A stretch of DNA of 64,000 bases from Amoebidium appalachense (Eukaryota > Protista > Ichthyosporea), in NCBI GenBank assembly GCA_963693365.1, contig CAVNZM010000001.1, positions 12,364,161-12,428,160 of the forward strand. Direction: 5' to 3'. A program made the translations under genes and the position numbers. This document shows, piece after piece, positions 54,827-64,000 of this stretch. The notes beneath the pieces are model-generated. The model had not been told where the DNA came from. It saw only the letters and a list, made by a program, of their open reading frames with translations, and made no database searches. Every line of letters starts with the position of its first letter. Positions within the stretch are counted from its first letter, which is position 1.

Positions 54827-56270
54827 ATGGCGCCTAGCTTAGCACTAGCTGTGGCCGTGGCATGCTCTCTAGCAGCCACAACCACCGGCCAAATCATTCA
54901 CAATTTCGTGTCTGGTTGCTCTGCAGACTACGCAGTTTTGAACAATGCATGGCAGGATGCACCCCCCGCGGCAGGAAACTGTCAGTCGTATTTTGCAAAG
55001 GTTCCTGCCGGGTGGGAACTCGCCCCGGCAAACGACAATTATGCCAAGGCGGTAATTCGTCGCTATGCTTTCGGGTTCCAGCAAATTATGCTTGCTGACG
55101 GCTCTGCATACACAACAGTGGGCACGAATGCTGCCCCTACCGCTACGAATAACATTGAGACTGGGCCCCTTGGACTCAGGGCAAAGACTTGTGCCCCTGG
55201 CAGCGGCATTCTCATCCGCCGGCCGTATAAAATTGCAACACGCCTGGTGGTGAGTTCGTGTGTGTGTGTGTGCACGGCTGTAATGTATGATGTGTAACTG
55301 TTTGTGTGGGAAGCATACGGAGGGTAATATGGTAGAGAAAAATGTTAGTAGCTAGAATGGGGCAAAGGGGTTGGGTGGCTTAATCTTGTGCAAAACTGCA
55401 ATACAGAAGGAAAGGACGGGGCAAAGGGGTTGGGTGGCTTAATCTTGTGCAAAACTGCAATTCAGAAGGAAAGGATTTGTGGTTGTTTTTTTTCATGCCT
55501 GGATGGACGATGGTACAAACTTATAGGCAATCAATGGAGTTGCATCGTAAAATGGTTTATGTTTAATATGTTTTAATCTTTAACTATGCCGGTTAGTATA
55601 TGTTTAGTTCTAACCGACATGGTTTTTGTTTTCAAACATTCATCATTTAAACGTTTCTGTCAAAAAGGAGAGAAAGAACAACAAAAAAACGATGATCTTT
55701 TCATATAACTCACCACACCTACCCGTCCACAGGACTTCAACCTCCCCCTCAAGACACTGATTCTCAGCTCCAGCCCCACCCTCGACGCTCTGCCCCAATA
55801 CATTTACAACTCCTACGGCGCCCCGGCGGACGTCGTCCACCTCGATCAATACCCCAACGGGTACCCCCTCGCGCTCGAAAGCGCTCCGGGCGTTCCAAAT
55901 TACAATGCCATTGTCCTTACTGACCCCAAATTGACGGTGCAACGGGCCAGCGCCAACGCTACACAGTGGGTGAGCGCCCTCACACCGCAACAATGGGCGG
56001 ATTTGCGCAACTACAGAGCTCGGTACGGCGTGCGCATGGTGGTGCTCTCGTCCAACGGCGAGGTGGATGTGGGTCTGCGTCCCGTCGGAAATGGAGGTGT
56101 GTATGTGTGTGTGTGTGAACAGATTAGGTTCTAGAAAATGGGTGGAATGTGTGTTTTTAATGGACGTGTTGGGTTAGGGAGAAGCGATCGAGTAAGTAGT
56201 GTTTGTTGCATGTGAGGGAAGGAGAAGTTTAAAATGGTTTCTTTGGTTTTTTTCTTTTCTTTTTTTTTTT

Positions 56271-56319
<49 letters not shown>

Positions 56320-59271
56320 CGGAGAGGGGCAGACAGAGACGGGTAGTATTCGTGACACATGTGTAAAAAGGACCTTGTTGTTGTTGTGGTACCTCTCTCT
56401 TTTGTTAAGAAGCAGTAGAGGTTTTGACACTAAACATATTTTCCCTCGTTTACAGGCCGGCTGGATGCCACCTCCATGACGTGGATCAACAACGACCTTT
56501 CCCAGAGCATCCACGACAGCGTCCCCCTTTCTGCCGTCTTCCGCACCAAGCAGAATGTCAGTTTCTGGTTCCCTGTTCAGGTCGACGCCGCCGCCACCTA
56601 CCTTAAACCATTCCTCACTATCGGCGGAAACAATGTCGGTGCGTTTGTTCGTGAATGCGCCCAGTCGGGTGACGGAAAACTCGAGGAGATGCATTTCACG
56701 TTCACAATGAACGAGTACACAAACATTTCTTTCCCCCTTGGCGACGTGTGGTTTACGTGGGTGAACAGGGGTCTGTACCTTGGCCAGCGCCGCGTGTTGC
56801 TTGATCCTCAGGTCGACGACGTGTTCCTCGAGACCGGCCTTTACAACATCAAGTTTGACAGACAGGTAAACGTGTTTTCCAATTGCACATACGCTGTCTT
56901 AACACCATGTTTCTGGCCTGAAGAAAACTCATCGATTAGTGTCTGTCAGTGGATGCTTGTTCACTGATGAGCACCTAATGTGTGCTGTTGTTCTCGTTGT
57001 TTTCTGGTTCCTTGTTTTGCTCAAAATACCCAATGCTTTCCTGTGTCCCGATGTTTACCTCTCCTATTAGGTTCAGCAAAACAATTATTACGATATTACA
57101 ATCTTACCCCTCCCCCCCCCCCCCCCCCCCCCTCCCCGCCACCCACCCACACACACACAACACACACACACACACACACCAAACAGGCCGTGGACAACGA
57201 AGGAAAGGACTTCACCTACGTGCCCGGTAAGATTGCCAACGACACGGACGAGAACTACCGTGCCAACGCCACAGACATGAGAAACCTTGTCGCATACCAA
57301 GCCGAACTCAACCAACGCCTCCCCAAGGGTTCGAAAATCACTTTCCAGTTTGCCTTTAACGGTATTGGGTACTATGATTTCGCCTCGCGGCCCGAAAACA
57401 TGAACGAGGTTGTCGAAGAGGTTCGGGACCATTTCTACTGGGTCAGTCACACGTACAGTCACATGGACCTCTACTGCCCGTTTTCTGACTGTCAGAAATT
57501 CGGCAACACTAACTACACGGCGGTGTGTATTCCCCCTCCCCCTCCCCCCTCCCCCTTCCCCCTCCCTCCCCCACTCCTCCCCTATCCCCTCCTTCCCGTT
57601 TCGCTCTCTGTTGCCTTCTCGACACCCCGCCCTCCCCCCCCCCCCCCCCCCCCCCCCGCCCCCCTCCCGTCCCCCCCCCCCCCCCCCTCCCCTCCCCCCC
57701 AGTTATCTCCCCAGCCCCCCTAGCCCCGTTTTCCCAACTGCCTTTTTATGGAAATCCTCAACTCCTTCAGACAAGCCCCTCCTTGATTCCCATTTGCAAT
57801 GTATGATTCTCAAGTTACTCATGTCATTGCTCTTTAGATCTTCCATCCCCTTCCCTTTAACCTCCCTCCCTGCCCTTTTGGCGGCCGTCACTACCACCTC
57901 CTGAAATCTTCCCCCTTGTTTATCCCGTCTCAAAATTTTCGTAATTTCTAACCAAAAACCCCTATTCGCAGGCCTACATGGACATGGCGCAAAACAAGGA
58001 TTTCGCGAGATACATTCTGTTTTCCCGTCGCTACAACGGCGAGGAATGGGTTAACATGACTGACGCAGAGCGCGACAACATGCCCAGCTATAGCCCCAAC
58101 TCTCTCATCACCCCCCGCATTTCGGGCCTTAACCTCTCCACGAGCGTTCAGGCAATGTTGGACAACGGACACCGTACGGCCGTCGGCGACAACTCGCGCG
58201 TGGACCTTAAACCCGACAACATTTTCCACCCGTTCCAAACCAAGGTCGCAGGTAAATCCGGCGAGAGAGTGATGGTCATCCCTCGGTTTGCCACGCGTGT
58301 ATACTTTGACTGTTCAACCCCGGAGGAGAACGTTATGGAGCACAACTCTTTCTACGGCCCGCGGTGCATCGGATACAACGAAACTGGCCCGGTTAACGCT
58401 CTTGGCGGTCGCAAGTGCAACACAACGACGCTCAAGTACGACCATGATTTGACTTGGGACGAGGTTATGGACATTGAAGGACAGGAGGTGGCGATGAACC
58501 TTTTGGCAAAACGCACGGACCCTTACATGTTCCATCAGGCAAACCTTCGTTTCTTCTGGTACAACGGCAAGAAGCAGTCGCTCATTTCAATCTGGATCGA
58601 CTCTGTCCTCAAGCACTACACCCAGTACTCTTCCCTCCCCGTCTTCAACATGAAACTCGACGATTTGCGTCAGTTCTACGACGCACGCGCGGCCCGCGAC
58701 GCGTGTGGTATCAGCGGTTCAGTGAATTACAAGGCCGGCCTACCAACGAACATCACGGTTACCTCTAAGGGTCAGTGCGAGATTAAACTGACACGTTCCA
58801 CGGGTGTCAAGATGTTGGTTAAGTTCGATAATCCCGCTGCCGCACATCGCCGTCGCCGCCGTGACGGGTCGGAGACGTCCCCCGTCGGGTCGGATTCGGA
58901 ACTTTACGGGCCGGATGAGACGATCAATATTCAGGGCAACGTCGGCATGGTCAATATGATTCCAGTCACCCCTTGCACTTCGGCATGCCATGTCGGTACC
59001 CCCCGAATTCGAGAATAGCCTTCAGAACAGGCCGCCTATTGAGACGCAGGGTCCCGTCGTCACGACGTATGATAACGGTGTTGTGGGTGTGATTCTCCCC
59101 CGGCCGACGTCATCCTCCGGCGGGGTACCGGCGTGGGCGATTGGTGTGGCGGTGGCTGTGGCGGTGGTTTTGATTGGTGCGATTGCCGTGGTTGTGATCG
59201 TGTATAGAAAGAAGAAGGCACACGCTGTTAAGAATAAGCTGGCCAATCGCTCGGGCCCAGTTGCTGCCTAA
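54827..59271 (+). CDS. Agd3-like (CE18-type) polysaccharide deacetylase with signal peptide and C-terminal TM anchor; 5 exons
   Basis: Signal MAPSLALAVAVACSLAATTTG. Exons 54827-55249, 55733-56096, 56456-56865, 57187-57522, 57972-59271 (GT-AG, in phase). Agd3-like motifs SALTPQQWADL..Y...YGVRMV, LYLGQRRV.L..QVDDVFL, FYWVSHTYSHMDL, P.ISGL, VGDNSR, IPRFATRVYFD, DPYMFHQANLR. A frame slip in the C6 run at ~58999-59004 is needed to reach TM AWAIGVAVAVAVVLIGAIAVVVIVY-RKKK. Confidence 0.82.
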
Positions 59272-59822
59272 ATAGGTTAATGGGTGTGCTTTTTGATTGG
59301 ATTTAGTTTTTTATGTGTGGTGGTAGCTATGGTGAGGCCGCGGAGATAGGCTATACCCCTGTTTCTGATATGGGTATTACCCCTCTGGAGTCAGCGGGCC
59401 TGTATATATATATTTGGTTTTTTAGGAGATTTTTCTAGGATATGGCTTCTTTAACAGTGCATGTCGTAGCACTTTTTAGTGACGCATAGAATATTACCGA
59501 TTTTTGACTGCTGTAAATAGAGATATGCCAGATTAAGCAGAACGACCATGGCCGTCTCCTTTTGTACATAGAGGATCGAGAAACATGAAACAAGTAGAAA
59601 CATGAAACAAGTAGAACTGAAGACTATTTGATTGCATGAGACCAACAGAACAATAAATGCTTTTTTGCTTACACTTCAAGGAAAGAAAGCACTAATAACT
59701 ATAGTCAAAGAAAGCACTAATAACTACAGTCTATACTTACCTAAACTCTCAGAACTATCCCCCCCCCCCCCTCCCCTCCCCTCCCGCCCCCCTACCCTTG
59801 CCACCGTCACCGTCCCCGTGGT

Positions 59823-59868
<46 letters not shown>

Positions 59869-60323
59869 CTTCCCCCCACCCCCCTTCTCCCTCTCTCTCT
59901 CTAACTCTCTCTCCCCCCCTCTCTCTCTCTCGCTCCACCCCCTCCCTCTCTCTCGCTCCACCTCCCTCCCTCCCCGAGTCTCTCTATCCCTCCCCCCCCC
60001 CTCCCCCCCCCCCCCCCCCCACCCACTCACCCCCTCCCTCTTGTCCCTCTCCCATTCTCCCCTCTCCCTCTCTCTGCCTCTTTCCCCCCCCCCCCTCCCC
60101 CCCCCCTTCCGCTCTTCCCCTGATGAAGACTATTGAGCCACCAACGTGCAGTCTATGAATTGGGGTTTGCATCAGATGAATGGGTCGAAATTTGTGTATT
60201 GTGGAATCCGGTGACTTATTTCCCCACTGAAATATGGGCGCTATAGTGTGTGTGTGACACAATGTGTGTGTGTGTATGTGTGTGTATGTGTGTGCTTGTG
60301 CGTGTGTGCGTGTGCGAGTGTCT

Positions 60324-60356
<33 letters not shown>

Positions 60357-60451
60357 ACTGTGTGCGTTTTTTGTGTGTCTAGCTTATCTCAGATGCTGCC
60401 CGTTATGTTTTGTACCTCGTTTCGTATTTAACGGTGTCTCCCCCCCCCCCC

Positions 60452-60510
<59 letters not shown>

Positions 60511-61350
60511 ACCCACCCTCTCTCTCCCCACTCGCCCCCTTTCCGGCCCCTTCCACCCAGGTGCTCATTTTTACCACCAAATTTTTGGCCCCCTCGGACG
60601 AGAGCACAGGATCCCTCTTAGGCTGAGTTCCAACAGACCCCCCCCCCCCCCCCCCCCCCCCCCCGTCTCTTCCCCCAACATACACACACTACCGTGACCA
60701 TGTGCACAATGACGAGGTGAATGGGCCAAAACTCGGGTACTGTGGATCATGACGTGCCCCCCCCCCCCCCCCCCCCCCTCCCCCCCCCTCCCTCCCCTCC
60801 CCCCCCCCCCCCCCCCCCCCCCCCGCCCGGAGAATGGGCTCTAGTTATAATGCATACTCTTTACCTGTGGTTTGCACTCTACATGTTGTGTTGTCCGTCA
60901 TGAATGTGTGCTTCGCACCCTATTTCGCATTCAACACACCCGTCCTCCCCCCCCCCCCCCCCCCCCCCCCAATAAAAAAAAAACCCTCCCCCGCCCCCCT
61001 CCCCCCAGGCGGGGACGTTCTCTCTCTTTGTCCGCTAACACCTGCGGCTGGTGTCATTTTCAAATTTTGGGTTAAATTCTTAGTGTTTTTGCACGATAAT
61101 CATCGGAATGTGTGCTCAGATATTGATTTTGAACCTACATGTGGGTGCCACTGAGTATTGTGGGGTGATATTAGTAATGGTTGTGGGTGAGTGTGTGTGT
61201 GTGTGTTTGTGTGTGTTGGAGGGAGGGGGGGGGGGGGGGGGGGGGGGGGGGAGGGGGGGAGGAGGGCGGAGGGGGAGGAGGGTCTGTTTATCCGAGAGAC
61301 TTCGTGTTGTCTTGCTGAGGCCCAATACCTAAATAATGCTCAGAGTGGTC

Positions 61351-61450
<100 letters not shown>

Positions 61451-62583
61451 CGTGCATGTGTGTGTGTGTGCACGTGTGCATGGATGTGCCTGTGTATGTA
61501 TGTGTGTGTTTGTGTGTGTGTGTGTGTGTAGGCGTTCGAAGGGGGAAAGGGGACGTTGGGAGGGGGGAGGGAGGAGGATGGAAAGCCGGGAGGAGGGGGA
61601 AGGGGGGGTCGGAGGGGCAAGCTTGATGTGCAGGGCCTGCAATAGCCCAGTGGAAACCACCTAGCATTATCCACACATACTTATACTCAGACGTTTTCAT
61701 TCTGATTCATTTCGAGCGTCATTTATGTTGTGTTATTCTAACACAAACACAACCAAACACCAGTTCTTTAATATATCTGCCTCTAAAATAAACTCTTAAA
61801 GTTCTTTCTTGGTGACTTACTGTTATTCACTAAAAATATAACACTAAAGCTTAATAGTATGCCACCAGTGGCCAATATGTGTGCAATTCGTCATTTTCCC
61901 TTTGCGTGTCATCTAACAAAAACACAACCAAAAGCTAGCTTTTTAAATATCTATGTTTTTAAAAAATACTCTAAAAGGTTTAAATCGTCCCTTTAGCCAC
62001 TAAAAATATAATACCACTAAATCTAAGCAGTACCAGTAGCCACTGCGTGTGTAATTCGTCATTTTTCCTTTGCATGGTTCATCATAACAAAACACAACCA
62101 ACACTAACAGTTATGATATATCAGTCTATAAAATATACTCTAGATCATGATAAATCTTCCCTCTATTCACTAAAATATCCCACTAAATCTATATTATTAG
62201 TAGCCTCTGTGTGTGTAATAATAATACCGCCACGTACGGAGGGTGCCTATTGCTATGGCCTATGAAGGAACCACAACCATAATTAGACTTGCGCTGGCAT
62301 CATTTTCGTATAGAAAATTGGTTGCCATTTTCATGTGATGTATATCACAGTCGTTGTATATCTACAAAGGCTGTAATCCTGCAATGCAATTTCATAAGCC
62401 CCCCCCCCCCCTCCCCCCCCCCCCCTCCCTTTTACCCACCTCCCCCCCCAGCCCCCCCACATACACACACACAAAGCCAAAAAAAAACCCCCCCGAAGTT
62501 GCCTGTTTGCACATTTTCTCCGATCACACCACTAGCACTTGCAAAACCGCACAAATCTGGGAAATTCAGTTCTAAATTTAGGT

Positions 62584-64000
62584 TTAGACAACGGCTGCGG
62601 AAGGGGTTGATGTCGTGTGGCTGAGTTTCTTTAAGGAGGCAGGGACGAAAACCCACCTCTGCAAGTGGCCCTGCAGGCTCCGTGTGCTTAAAGACGCACG
62701 GTTAACTGATTGGTTATCGCCCCCGTTGATACCTTCTAAATAAGGATATCCAGACAGAGTCCTCCTGCGCGTGTGGTGCGGTTGCGGCCGCGCATACCAC
62801 GACATGCAAAGTACGATCGCCTGAACGAGAAAAACAATTATTCCGGTGTCTTCGAACAACATTTTCCCGGGCGAAGGGGGTCCATCGTTTGCGGGCGCCT
62901 GCATGGGTGTAGATAGCAGCTGCACTGTGCGCATGGTGCTAAAAATAGACATTGCGGTTAGGATGCAGCATACCGTGACTGCTTTAAGCACGAAGTACAC
63001 GTACACGGAGCCTTTGGACAGGACGGAGCTTAATAAGCTCATGCTGGCGTTTGATCGGTCGCCAGCCTGACTCGTCGTCCCCGTCATATTGCTTTTTATG
63101 GAAATGGTTACGGAAGTTGTCGTTAAACCCGATATCATCCTCCTTGCATTTGATTTGTTCGGTGCATTCGTTGAAGTCTCCCCCATGGCCTCCATGTCCA
63201 TCTCCCCAACAACCGCGCCGCCATCTGCCTCGGGGACCGTACGTAGCGCGATGTTTGTCGTTTGGCGACTAAGTGGTAGATGTTGTGCATGTTCCTGGGG
63301 TGGAGATGGGTCTGGGGTGAGGCTATTTATAGATCCGCCGCTTAAAGTGCCCGTTTCGACCGATGCTTCCAGCCTACCGGTGCTCGGCCTACTTTCCGAC
63401 GGTGCATGCGACTGCCCGTACTTTAACAGGCGCCGATGACGCTTCCTGCTTCTGAAAATAACTGCAATGACTGCAATAACGTGCCAAAAATAGGCCACAA
63501 GAACAACAAGGAGGGCCAAGGTTGCGGATCCGTAATGGGTTAAGAGAAGAACCCAACGACAGGGTACTGATGGCACATGCCATGGCCATGCGTAGAGGAT
63601 TGTGATTGCCGTGTTCACAATAAGCACACCGACGGTAGAGAACATGAGAAGAAGGGTGAGGCTCCACAATCTAATCCGGTAAAATAAAGTCCGGAATTTG
63701 GATTTGGCCACCTTTGACCGTACGAGATGCGGTGTTGGAAGGGTTAACTTTCTCCACTGGTGAATGGCCAGACATAATGAATTGAGTGCAAATATGAGCG
63801 CGTACAGACGTAGCAACAAATAGATGTTCTCTTTGTAAACTGCGCGATAATTGAAAGGATCCGGAAACAGAGAGGCAAGAAAACAGCTCGACAGAAATAG
63901 GTTAATAGCCTGCAGTTTTTCTTGAGGTTTCATGAACGGCCTTAATCCCCCACTCCGCTTGATGAGTGACGCCGTGAAGGTTAAAGTAACGATGAAACAA
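62584..64000 (-). CDS. Multi-pass (probably 7TM, GPCR-like) membrane protein, no intron in the visible part; 5' end beyond the right window edge
   Basis: 449-aa ORF stays open upstream of 63933 (CFIVTLTFTASLIKRSGGLRPFM); about 6-7 hydrophobic segments; DPFNYR loop; long Ser/Thr-rich loop before the last two helices. Confidence 0.7.
   Translation of the reverse strand, partial: CFIVTLTFTASLIKRSGGLRPFMKPQEKLQAINLFLSSCFLASLFPDPFNYRAVYKENIYLLLRLYALIFALNSLCLAIHQWRKLTLPTPHLVRSKVAKSKFRTLFYRIRLWSLTLLLMFSTVGVLIVNTAITILYAWPWHVPSVPCRWVLLLTHYGSATLALLVVLVAYFWHVIAVIAVIFRSRKRHRRLLKYGQSHAPSESRPSTGRLEASVETGTLSGGSINSLTPDPSPPQEHAQHLPLSRQTTNIALRTVPEADGGAVVGEMDMEAMGETSTNAPNKSNARRMISGLTTTSVTISIKSNMTGTTSQAGDRSNASMSLLSSVLSKGSVYVYFVLKAVTVCCILTAMSIFSTMRTVQLLSTPMQAPANDGPPSPGKMLFEDTGIIVFLVQAIVLCMSWYARPQPHHTRRRTLSGYPYLEGINGGDNQSVNRASLSTRSLQGHLQRWVFVPASLKKLSHTTSTPSAAVV

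Overview
Eukaryotic, intron-rich, microsatellite- and poly-G/C-rich genomic window, probably a unicellular opisthokont or other protist (lineage not determinable from the sequence alone). It holds two head-to-head inverted paralogs of a large type-I adhesion receptor: signal peptide, vWA domain with a DxSxS MIDAS, about 19 spondin-type TSP1 repeats, then (visible only in copy 2) a Gly/Ala-rich TM helix and an NPxY tail. Copy 1 (11858 to <1, minus) looks intact over 21 exons. Copy 2 (35637-49665, plus) has several frame-breaking lesions and is a mosaic of near-identical and divergent blocks relative to copy 1. Between them lies a nest of retroelements: a chromovirus-type Ty3/Gypsy element interrupted by a truncated Copia, a solo LTR and a LINE tail; a very young non-autonomous Copia; an inverted Gypsy LTR; and several LINE 3' ends. 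Swapped target-site duplications indicate that 20143-32014 was inverted by LTR-LTR recombination. To the right are a 5'-truncated RNase H-bearing non-LTR retrotransposon, a 5-exon membrane-anchored Agd3/CE18-like polysaccharide deacetylase gene, and most of a multi-pass (7TM-like) gene. Most long ORFs in the supplied track are microsatellite artefacts. All domain calls are from motif recognition by eye; no database searches were run.
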